This document shows, in pieces, positions 52,467 through 64,000 of a DNA stretch of 64,000 nt. Made by a program: the position numbers and the translations under genes. The notes beneath the pieces are model-generated. The model did not search any database, was not told the origin of the DNA, and worked only from the letters and a program-made list of their open reading frames with translations. This DNA comes from the human T2T-CHM13v2.0 reference genome, Homo sapiens: NCBI RefSeq assembly GCF_009914755.1, contig NC_060933.1. The stretch is one strand, 5' to 3'. Within the stretch, counting starts at the first letter, position 1. The number at the start of each line of letters is the position of its first letter.

Positions 52467-53053
52467 TACAATTTGTTGTTAAAAAATATTTTGTTAACTT
52501 AGAAAAATGAACTAGCTGATACTCAAATTTTGGAAATTAAAGGTTTGCTCTGTTTTATGTCTGTATCTGGGGCTATATTTTGTAGTAAATCAGAGACCAA
52601 AAGATTGTTTTTGAAATATATAAATATGCTGTTCTGAAGTTAATACTGTGTAAATTTTGAGTAGAGTAAGCGTTTTGTCTTAAAGGTGTAATAAAGCCAT
52701 AAAGTGGCATTGTTGCTTTATAAACTTAGAATAATAATTTGCCATATTAGTGCAGAGTTCAAAAAGTACTATATATTTTGCAAAATAGTCACTTACTCAT
52801 TATTGAATAATGCAGTTACTTGAGAGTATGCATGTCTAGAATACTTTATGAAGTACTGATTTCACTGAAAGATTTTGAAATCTGTAAAAACCCTTTTTTT
52901 CAACATGGGTTATATTAAAAAGTCGCTTCTATTTGCATAATTAGGCTATAATTCTCCAAGGGAGGGTATTGGAGAATAAATTTTTTTTCGAAGTAAGAAT
53001 TTATAAAATTAAAATTCAGGGTTACAGTTATAGCCTTACTCTTTAATTCATGA

Positions 53054-53155
<102 letters not shown>

Positions 53156-53659
53156 TAAGTTTGTTGCCTTTCATTCTTTTAATATGTGATTTGCATACTT
53201 TATATTCAGAAAAACATTACAGTTTTGAGTTGTCTGTAGTGATTAGAATAAAACTAAACCAGCATTTCCCAAATAGTATTTAAAAAATTACCAGGTCTTT
53301 GAACTGTCATTTCTTGAATAAAGAATTCTTTAAGTCTGGGAATCTTGATGATAAACTATATCAAGACTATTTTCTTGGGTATTCAGAATGACTGTTAATA
53401 TATTCCAGGTCTAGCATTTCTCATTCCTTATTAGGGAAGAGCTAAGAGATCATGAGAGGAAGAGTTGAAATGTTGGTAAGTTACAGGTACTTTTGCATGT
53501 GCTTTTGTATATGCATAGAAAAAAAAGAACCTCAGACAGTTATTACCTCTTGGTTTAAATTTGGGAAAAACGTGGACTTTTGCCCTTTACACTGTGTAGT
53601 TATGTATATTTTGCATTCTTTTCCTTATAGCAGGCCTTAACTTTTGAAATAAAAGAACA

Positions 53660-54480
53660 TACAATTGTAAAGCATTCCATCTTTTTTTTTTTTTTAATCA
53701 AGCCATAAAGCCAGATAAAAATATAAGAGCATTTATCACATTTCTAGATGGTGGAAGATATCCAAAGTTTAATAGGTATATAAGAAATTAGAAAGACAGA
53801 TTTTACTGTGTGAAAAGTTTAAATTTTTGAATATTAACAGAAAAAAAGAAAAACATTAACAGCAAATAACTTGGGAAAAATATTTGTGGTAAATAGGGCC
53901 AAGTCTTACTACTTTTATATAAAAGAGATATATAAATTGCCAATAAGCACACAGAGATTCCAGTAGATAAATAGGGAAAGTAGTCTCATTAAAGGAAATA
54001 CTGTAACTAACAAACTCAAGAGAAAGTATTTAGACCCAGTAGTAACCCAAATAAAATAAACGTTAAATAAAATAAACCCAAATAAAATAAACATTAAATA
54101 TAACCATTTTTATTTTTTAATAATTAAAGAATTATTACTGCTCGCAGAGGTATAATAAAAGTTGTGTTGCACACTTCTGATACACAAAGGTGTGATAATA
54201 GGGAGCTGGTTAACAAGTTAACTGTGGTACATCCTTCTCTTATAGTGATATGTAGTCATTATGTCTCAGAAAAATGTATAAACTTAAGAACTTGACCATA
54301 TTATAATGCCAAGTGAAGAAACAAGTCACACAAAATTATATATGTAATATGACCATGACTGTATAAAACAAAACAACGCAAGTCATCTAAAGACAAAATC
54401 TAGAGCAATACAGTACAAATATTTATAGTAATTGTTCCTGAATGGTAGAACTGTAGTGATTCTTCTGCTTTTCAACTCTT
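53660..54480 (+). mobile_element. Ancient L1ME-type 3' remnant
   Basis: A-rich degenerate L1 ORF2 end and 3' UTR motifs; boundaries uncertain. Confidence 0.45.
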
Positions 54481-55289
54481 AAATTTTCAACTAGTTAGAT
54501 TTTCTTGATGCTATAGCCACTTGTTTTTGTAACAAGTATAGTGCTAACTGAGGTATTCGGTTTTGGAAATCTTTAAAGTACAGACTTTTTTGATGATGGG
54601 ATTCAATTTAACTTGTTTATTTTTCAATAAAAATATTTAGTGCAAAAATTTTTGACACATAAATATAGTGCAAAATGATAGGAACATCATGATGTATTTA
54701 GAAATTTTAAATTCAGTTTTATGGGTAAAACTGAAAAAAGAATTTTTTTGCATTCTAAGTGATAATTTTGTGATTCTTTTGAAGAACTGTTGTAATCAAT
54801 GACTAAAATTAGATTTACTGGTGCATTTTAAACTACTATGTTTGTTTTATTGCTTAATTTAGACATGTTCCTATAAATAAAAAGCAGTAATCAGAAACAA
54901 CAATTTAACTCCATTAATTTATGTTCCTGTGGGCATGGTAGAGAAATAACTTCTCTTGAAACAGTGAAAATTCTATTTTCTTTATTTCAGTTCACTAATA
55001 CCATTACATGTTTATAGTGTTTTGGAATAGTATTTTGAGACCCACTTTTTGTGTTCCAGAAAAGTTTTAAGAAACAGTTTCTTTCTTTTCTGATTCTAAA
55101 ACTGCAAGAGACACCAGTTAACTAAGTAGTCCTGACAGTGCGTGAACTTTGCTGTGTTTGACTCTGTGTGTTAAGGCAGAGAACTAAATAAAAAACATAC
55201 TCTCTTTCTTAATTTGGGCATTCTTTTACTATATTGAAAGTTTTAGGTTTCAGTGGCTGGCCTCAATAAAATGTGCATTGCTTTAGAGC

Positions 55290-55530
55290 AGTTCGAATAA
55301 TAGTTAAAGATACAGGCTTTGGTGTCAGATAGACCTGAAATTAAATGTTTGCTGTGCCACTTTTCAGCTATATGACTTCTTTCAAGTTATTTAATACCAC
55401 CAAAAACTTTCCTCATCTGTAGAGTAGGATAACAGTAGTAATCATCTCATAAGATTAAATGAGATCATTCATATTTAATGCTTAGGTAAGCACCTAGCTT
55501 ATGGGATAATTAATAAAGGACAACTGTTAT
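55290..55530 (+). mobile_element. MIR
   Basis: CAGGCTTTGGTGTCAGATAGACCTG...TTTCCTCATCTGTA...GATTAAATGAGAT. Confidence 0.75.
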
Positions 55531-55949
55531 TATCAGTAATTTTTTTCACCAAGTGTTTACTTCATTTCTAAGCTTTTAAGTAATTTTTAAATATATACAT
55601 ATATATCTACTTGATATTTTACTTCTTTGCCAGAGTCTAACTTCTAGTAACTGCTACCTAAAATCTCTTATATGAAAATAGTTCTGCAGATTAAAGTCAG
55701 CCTGTTGTGTATTTGTGTGCTTGACTGTTCTAGTTATGTTACTTAGTCTAGTGAGTTTCTTGGTTTTTCTGCAGAACCCATTTGTACAATGGGAATAAAA
55801 ATAACTTCTTTCATTGTTAAGAGGATTATGTGAATTCATATTCTTAAAACCTGAAAAATAGTGGTTATATAAGGTTTTGAGGAAAGTAAAGTTTGGTTTT
55901 GACAGTGGTATCTTCATTGTCATCTGTGCCATTATAAACCCTTCTGTAG

Positions 55950-56150
55950 TTTGAGACACTGTTCTAAGCATTTTTTAATACGTATTTAATCCCTTTAGCA
56001 ACCCTATGAGGTAGTTAGGTATAACTGTTTTACAAACTGCTGCACAGAGAGGCAGAGTAACTCACCCATAGTCACACGCGAATAAGTTGTACAGCTAGGA
56101 TTCAGACATAAGTGTTGTAGCTCTAAAGTCTGTGCTATTAATCAGTAATA
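55950..56150 (-). mobile_element. MIR
   Basis: CAACCCTATGAGGTAG...GCACAGAGAGG core. Confidence 0.7.
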
Positions 56151-57989
56151 TACTGTCTCAACCCTGTTTATGCTCCATCCAGCTACTACTTTGGGGTTTA
56201 TCTGGGAGTAGAGAATGGAAAAAGGAGAAATGATCTGGAGTGGTTTCTAATAGTCCTGAAGAATAGAGGCAGTATAATTACTGAGGCCAGTGGTTAATCA
56301 TCCTCTTCTCACTTAGTTATAGAAATACTATTGTCTCTCGTTTCTCTTCTGTAAATCTTACAAGTTCATCACAGGAGTTTTTCTAGAGTATCTTAACTTC
56401 CCTGTATTATGTGACAGCATCTTAACCTCAGACTGCATATCCTTTTCCACTATGCTCCATCTGAGAACACAGTTCAGATGCCTCATGATCTTTGCTAGTT
56501 TCCACCTAGTGTTGTTTCTAGCATCCTTCTATAGATGTTGGGAGTCAGTCTATAACAATGGTGGCAGTCTTATTAAGTGACTCTGTACCTCAAAGATCAT
56601 TTATTCTTTGGTGAATGAATTTTCCATTTTAGAAATCTTAGATTCCATTGTATATTACATTATCTCTTCATATTAGTTACACAGACCAGTGGACCAGACT
56701 AGTTGAAGGTTGTCTGGACATTTTATTTTATGGCTTGGAAATTTTAGTGAAATTAATGAAGGAAACTTCCAGGGATAAGTCAGAAATAATTTGTGTTTAG
56801 CTTTAAAATGTGTTCATATGCTTATGTTTAAATAGAAGTTTAGTAGATTTCTAAATTGCACATCATGTTTAATTTCAGCATAATGAAAAAAATTTAAACA
56901 AATATGTCATCATCATGTATACTTTGTTGAGAGCAGAGATTTTTTTCCCCCTTCTTCCTGTCTTTTCACTGCTACTATTACCCTCTTTTTTGTTAGAGAC
57001 TAGCATTTTTGAGGCTGAGTTTCTTTAAAAAAAAAAAAAGTTTCTGTACTGAAATTCAGTACATTTAATTATTATATAGTAAAGATACTGGTCTTTTTCA
57101 CTGAAGAAAAAAAGTCACTCCAAAATATAATCAAATCTCCTTCTCCTCTTCCCCCTCCACCCTCCCCATATAATTTCATCAGATGGCAATACTTCTTACC
57201 AGCTCACTGCTAATGAATTAGTGCCAGCTGGAAAGGAAGAAGAGCATAGCTACCTGAGGTTAGCAATTTTTAACTTCAACACAACTTGCCCCTTCTAAAA
57301 TCCAGCTTCTTTGCAGAAGAAACCTACAGTAAGGGACAGAAGCATCTAAATCGTATCAAATTTAAAGGTGACAAGAGATCTGAATTAGTTACAGACTCAT
57401 GAAAGTTTCCCTCAATATATGTTTCTTTTTGCTAATATGTTGTGAGTGTTCTTTTTCTAGAGAGGAACTTTAGCCACTTTTTCCCCGTATTTCTAATAAT
57501 AAACCTTGTTCTACATTCAGTTTATAAACTTGACAAAGTATGTTAGTGATCTTGATGTTTTTTGTTCTGCTTGAGCCTCTGAAAACATCCCGTGTCTAAT
57601 TTGATTTCAGTGTGTTTATATTCTGTAAATGTACATGGGTGACCTTTTACTACTGAACTTTGCATATTACATGCATCCATTACTTCACATTATAGTTGCA
57701 TGAGCACTTATTAATAGGATTGGCAACAGTGTTATTATATAAGTTCTGGATAGTGAAAACTCCCTTATTGGCCACACTTCCAAGGATGGCACCTGAATCC
57801 AAAGAATGGTAGGACTGCCCAAATCAGAGAGCCCTGCACATTGTTTCTGTCAGACTGGAGGCTGTCTCAATGTGTGATAATATAAACGATAAGCAGTTTT
57901 GGTTTTTGGTGGCTTTTTTTTTTTTTGGTTCTATGAAAAGTCTAGTGAAAGGGTACTACGTCTTTCAAAAAACTCTTCTGAAAATTATT

Positions 57990-58320
57990 TTCATCCATCT
58001 GTCTATCCATTTAAAAAGTATTGAATTTTGTCCAGCTCTAGGCACTGTTGTAGATACTAGAGATCTAACAGTGGAAAAAAACAACAAAACAAAAAGCCCT
58101 GCTGATAGATCTTGTTATTCTTCTAGTAGAGGGTGATAAGTAAAATACATTATGAGTTAGGTGATCCACTCTATGGAGAAAAATTAAGCAGGGTAAGGGA
58201 ATAGAGAGTGGAATATGACTTAAAATAGTGGTCAGTGTCTTCACTGAGAAGATGACATATAAAAGGATCTCAAAGATGATGAGGTAACAAAACATATATC
58301 CAGGGGAAGACAATTCTGGA
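57990..58320 (-). mobile_element. L2 3' fragment
   Basis: CATCCAT...TATTGA...GGCACTGTTGTAGATACTAGAGAT pattern typical of L2 3' ends. Confidence 0.6.
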
Positions 58321-58688
58321 TTGGTGAGATTTAGCAGGTATGAAAATTCATAAGAAGATACCGTGAATAAATTTTAGGTCCTATAATAATTTATAGTTAG
58401 TAAGAAATGATGAACTTTTTTTATTAGCTGTAAAAATGAAAATACAGTCTGATTTTTAGGTAACTGAATCCTGGGAAAGTCAAGAGCGCACCCGCTTTTT
58501 TCTTCCAGTAAATGGCACCACCGTGTATTTGAGTTTATTCACTCTTCCTGCCCACTAACATCAATAGCCAGTCTATATCCAGTCTAGTATATTCTACCTT
58601 GTATGTCATTTCTTTTCCCTCCTCGTAATTCCCAATGACACTAGTTCAGTTTAGGTCTTGTCACTTTTCTCCTGGATTATTATTATAT

Positions 58689-58986
58689 CTTTTTTTTTTT
58701 TTTTTTGAGACAGAGTCTCGCTCTGTCGCCTGTGCTGGAGTGCAGTGGCGTGATCTTGGCTCCCTGCAATCTCCGCCTTCTGGGTTCAAGCGATTCTCAT
58801 GTCTCAATCCTGAGTAGCTGGGACTACAGGCATGCACCACCACACCTAGCTAATTTTTGTATTTTTAGTAGAGACGGGGTTTCACTATGTTGGCCAGGAT
58901 GGTCTTGAACTCCTGACCTCAAGTGATCTGCCTGCCTCGGCCTCCCAAAGTGCTGGGATTTCAGGCGTGAGCCACTGCACCCGGCC
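58689..58986 (-). mobile_element. AluS
   Basis: Full dimer with a small right-arm deletion; TATTATATCTT / TGTTATGTCTT flanks. Confidence 0.9.
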
Positions 58987-61900
58987 TGTTATGTCTTCTT
59001 AATGTCAGATTCATGTCTAAACCTCACTCACTTACCCCCTGCCAAGCCAAACCTGCTATTGCTTTGCTAAACTTTTTTGCAGTTACCATCATCTTTTGTA
59101 CGTTGTATGAGGTAGAAAACCTTTAATTCTTTGTTTCTTCCTCTGGATTGTTTCTTCACTTTACATATTTGTTCAGTCATCAAATTTTACTGATTGATTA
59201 GAGTTTTCCAGTGCCTCTGGAATTCATTTAACTCTATTTTACTCTCATTGGTCTTTTTAGGGGCCCTCATGTCCTCCTCCTTGTCTATTAAAAAAGCTTA
59301 TTCACTAACTCATTTCTCTTCCCCTAGTCTCTTTCACCTACATAATGAAGTTTATCATTTGCATTGATAACAATTTTTTTTTTTTTCCAAAACGAAGTCC
59401 AAGCTCTCTGGCCTGGCATTTAGAACCTACTTTCTCCATATCTTGAACACATCGAACCCACAATTCCTATTTAATGCCTCTATTCCTTTGTTATTTGCTC
59501 TATTCAGTATGACTCCCCTGCTATCTTTTTTTATGTAAGAAATTTATCTGAGTTGGTTTTCAAGCTCAGGTCAGACATCTGTTGTACTCTATAAACCTTC
59601 TGCCCTCAACTCTCCTATATCCGCCCCTGTACCCAATAAATAACTGATCTGGCATGTGCATTCCCATAGTATGTTTTAAAAATTTACACTACTAATTCAT
59701 CAATACCTTCTTACTTAAAAAAAAATCCAACAATGAGAGATCTATAAAGATAAAAAGTAAAAAAATGTGAACTTTGCTTTTTTAGATTCTAATCTCATTT
59801 CACTCTCCAGTTGTCCTGTATCTCTTGAGTAAATAAATACCTAGGAATAGAATTGCTGGGTCATATCACATGTCTAGTAATTTCAGATTGGATGTTAGAT
59901 ACTGTATTACATTATCCATTGTCTGATTTTTGTCCTTTTCCTTTAAAGAGTATTGAAGGTTGTTTTGGGTGGCAGGTAAGCTGCTTGGAGATCTTACTGA
60001 TCTTTTGAGGCTTTTTGTATGTCTTTTAGGATGGATTTAACTGTTAAGCTAGCTTAGCCCTTCTGAAGTCCACTGAATGTCCTAGGTCTTTAAGAAGGTC
60101 TCTCCATTCTGGCTAGTCAGAACCGAAATGTCTCCCAGTCCTATATGAACTGGGTAGCCAAAAACCCTAGTAGTCATTCTTTGCCTGTATTTGTGGAGTG
60201 TCACTATGTATTTGGATAGTATTCAGTAAGACTCGGGAAACCCCTGCAGGTTTCTAGAGCTTTTCTCTGTGTGGCTCCCACATCACTGGTGCTCTGCTTC
60301 ACAAATAGCTGCTTCTGCTTCTCTGAACTTTAATCTTTTTCTCCTCAACTTAACAAGGCTGCCATACTATGCTTGGTTTCTCTCACTCTACATGATGGAC
60401 AAAACCTTAAGAGGTTAGATGGTGACTTCTGCCAGAAAACCTGTTTGTTTTCCTTCCCTCATGATATCAGTCCTGTGCTGCCTGCTGTCTCATGTCTGAA
60501 TATGGTTGGTTGATCTATTTTGTCCAGTTCTCTTGTTTCTGGGCACTAGTTTGGTACCAGGTACTCTATTAGTAGAATAATAAAATGACCATCTGTGTGT
60601 CCATCAGTCAGTTTGAACAATTTTCAGTCTTTTTCCACTGGAGTATATTTAAGCACATCCAAGATATCATTATTTCATTTCATCCAAAAATACTTTTTAT
60701 TATTGTAAGCATTCCAGTAAACAATGATGAATGCAAATGATGAAATATGAGGCCTGGAGTTTTAGGAAAAGAAATCGTTCTGAGCCTTTCCAGAATTATG
60801 GTTGGAGAACTAAAGCCTCTTAGTCCCAGAATTTACATAGGACTGCCAGAACTTTCTAGATCAAGCCTTGCACATTTCAGAATCATCTCAAATGGATTCA
60901 TCCTCATTTATTGTATGCCTGCTATCTGTAAAACACTTGCTATACACTGCTACTGAAGATGCTAATGAATAATTGTTTAAAGTTAATGGCAATATAAAAT
61001 AACAGATTGCCAGGTAAATATCTTGAAAAGTCATAATAGCATTTCAGGGTAAAGTGATTAGTTGTCAAGGGAAGTTTTGTAGATAAGGAGACTTGAGTTC
61101 TATACTTGGGAGAGAAGTCAGGACTTAGGTAAGTTATGTTGCAAGGAAAAACACTATAATTAATTGCATTCTTGAAGTTTCTGTTCCCCCACACCCCAAA
61201 TCTATTAGGTTATTTGCCACATTATTCTTTTCTTTAGCTGGCACTTAAAGCATTTGGTATCTCCTGCACAGAAGAATTTGCTCAAAGAAATGGCTGTTGA
61301 ATTTGTGAATCAGTTTTCTGTATCACCTGATCTAGCCCTCAAAGCATACTTGACATGCTTTAAAAGCAGTCTTCTTTTCTTTTAAGACTTCTGTGTAGTT
61401 TTTATGCTACACTTGGTATTGTGGTTTGATTTTTGGTTTTTACCAATTTGATGAGAAATTACTCCCCGCTCAGTGTCCTGGGAAGTTTGACTAGTGGTTG
61501 ACCCATCCCATAGAAACATTTTATTTTTTTCATGGCCCTTTAAGGGCCACTCATTAACATGAATGCCTTATCATTCATTGGAATAGAAAACTGGGAGGCT
61601 TTACTTTTAGTTACAAAAGTTAATGTATGGAAAATACATTAATAAAACCGGCTTAGCTTCATTTTTCCTACTTTCTTGTGATATTTTTCTTAGACTTGCT
61701 ATTGATACCTCAGATAAATATCCAGCAGTTTAGAGATGTGGAAAAAAATATGGCAGTTGGAATCAGAGAGGCCCAGGTTCCAGTTCAGATTCTGCTTTTT
61801 CCCAAGACTTTGGAAAAGCCATTTTCTAAAGTTGCTTTCTGTGCTGTGTGTCTATAAAATGAGAAAAATGAGTGATTAGATTCTTAATAAGTTGCAACTG

Positions 61901-62209
61901 GTATTGTTGTCTAGGTTGCCTTCTGAATTATGTAAATATAATGTGCCTCCATTGCATATTTATGACAATTTATAAGTGTTTAAAAAAGAAGGGGATTCTA
62001 GTTCATTAACTGCGAGGTTTTAGAGTGAACTAGAATTTGAAGAATGACAAAACTTTAAGAGGTTGCCAAAAAATACAGGTGTACTTGTTCAAAAGCAAGT
62101 CTCAGATTGAGTCATGTATCAAATGTAAGCAATAACAGACTTGACTCCTCTGGGGAACTTAGGCAGAGTATTCATTTATACAATACTTGAAAATTCCAAG
62201 TATTAACAA

Positions 62210-62620
62210 AGATAGCTTCTTTAATATAGCGAGAAACTCCTTACATCATATCCTTGAATAATGTCATAACATCGATGAAGGAAAAAAATTGATCCCTGGC
62301 CAGGGCCACTGTCAATATGGAATTTTCATATTCTCCCTATGTCTGTGTAGTACTGTAGTTTCCTCCCACATCCCAAAGATGTACGCTTTGGGTGAATCAG
62401 CATCTGCATGGCCCCAGTCTGAGCGAGTGTGGGGTATGTGTGTGAGTGCGCCCTCCAATGGAATGACATCTGGTCCAAGGTGGGCTTCAGCTTTGGCCCC
62501 AAGCTGCTGGGATGGGCCCTGGCCACCTGCAGTTCTGAACTGGAATTAGTGGGTAAATGTTTTTATTCATCTTTCTTAAATGTATGTATAGCTTACATTT
62601 ATTTCAATGTCTTTTTTTTT
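62210..62620 (+). mobile_element. MER6-like DNA transposon fragment
   Basis: GTTTCCTCCCACATCCCAAAGATGT...TGAGTGCGCCCT...GAACTGGAAT core. Confidence 0.7.
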
Positions 62621-64000
62621 TTTCAAAAAACTGTTTGTATATTGCATATATAACTAAAATATAAAAGCAACATTTTATAAAACTTTCTAGAGAGACAAAT
62701 TCCACACAAGTGGTAAGGGCAACCTAGTGTCTCTAGATTTGTTCTGTTTCATAAATTGGATTTTAACAAATCCTATGTAAATCAATTTTTGTAAATAAAA
62801 TGTAATTGTTGGATTTTTCACATGTTAGATTTTTGCAGTAATCTGAGATTTACAACACTTTCTGATGTATGTTCACTCTGATTCTGAAACTAAATTATAT
62901 TATTGGATTTCATATACAGTATTAAAATTAGTGGTGGTTTACCAAGATTAAACTTTAAAGCATATCTGAAAGTTATCTATCTGTAAATAAGACAAATTGT
63001 CTACAGAATTAGTTTTATATAGTCAGTGATGTGTAAACCTCTTGGCTTTAAGAACCACAACAACTTTGAATGCATTAAGAAAACTGTCACACAATTGATC
63101 CGAAACTGCATTAAGAAAAAAATTCCTACTTTTTTTTTTTTTTTTCCTTTCACTGGTTTCTTGTCTCTCAGGGTCATAGTTCCATGGGCTGTCCCCACCC
63201 AACCCCACCAAGTTTCCTTCATTGACATTTCTGTTCTTTCCTTCACAAATTCTGCCATGGCTTGTAGGGAGAGCACCTGATTAACCAATACTGAGCTGGG
63301 AATGACCGACACTTCTTAGCTAGTTCTATAAATTTTGTTAGTTTGTTTTTGTTAGCCCCAGTTAATCTCAAATAGATAGAAATTTAGAACATTATTGAGG
63401 GGATTATAATGGGATTAATCCCTTTTGCCTATCCCATAATGTATTCAGCTGTTTCATTTCTTTTTGTTCATTTGTGATTTTGTGTTTTCAAAGTAAAAAA
63501 TCTGAATATTTATTTAGAGTTTACTTTGGATTAAAAATATTCAATTTATTAGAGCTTCAAAATAATAACTGTAGCTCAAACTTTTAAGTTCCATCTACAA
63601 ATCTTAAAAATCTATTCGTAAATCTAGCAAATTTCAACACTTTTAGAGGGGAATCTTACAAATTAAATTCTCTTACGTATATTAATGTATATTTATAAAT
63701 ATGCCTTATAAATATATAATAAATTATATATTTTGTTTCTTCTTAAAATACTTGAATTGTCTAACAAGCTTTGTACCATTTCATGAGCAGGTATTTTTGC
63801 CAAAGCATGATATATGCATTGTGTAAACACCTTCATTCTGCACAAGTGCACACTAAAAACAAAGCTTGTGGGAAAATCGTTGGAACAGATCACTTAAAAC
63901 TTCCTATAACTTTGAACTAGAGGAGTCACAAATAATAATCTTAATAAAAGTTAGAAAATAATTAAATTTTTTCTTTTCCATGTAGTTTCACAAAGACAAC

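Noticed and set aside
54047-54105. Short AAATAAAATAAAC tandem duplication; also (TA)n at ~36665-36688
   Set aside because: Common low-complexity slippage.
63129-63312. Strong polypyrimidine tract with AG at 63170-63171 and overlapping 84-103 aa ORFs
   Set aside because: No convincing donor downstream and no match to the next RIC1 peptide as I recall it; needs RNA-seq to evaluate.

Overview
Primate (most likely human) genomic DNA from inside the RIC1 (KIAA1432) gene on the + strand. Two coding exons are visible: 19719-19826 ([36 protein letters not shown]) and 53075-53154 ([27 protein letters not shown]). They splice in frame and match the RIC1 N-terminal region as I recall it. The rest is intron, mostly nested L1 elements (largely antisense to the gene), about 20 Alus, several solo or split LTRs, DNA transposon fossils and MIR/L2. 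Almost all ORFs in the supplied track are L1 fragments or Alu/AT-rich noise. Most notable observations: (1) an antisense full-length L1PA4-like element whose antisense-promoter ORF0 is open up to a strong phase-0 donor, in frame with the downstream RIC1 exon, giving a candidate ORF0-RIC1 fusion isoform; (2) a 319-bp perfect inverted identity plus shared non-consensus mutations between that L1 and a younger L1PA2-like copy about 7 kb away, suggesting gene conversion and a possibly invertible cassette; (3) an LTR8-family LTR split into two oppositely oriented halves, marking a ~4.9-kb inversion; (4) a probable L1 3' transduction and several templated-insertion scars. Repeat subfamily names come from recalled consensus features, not a database run. 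Nothing here amounts to a demonstrated new system.
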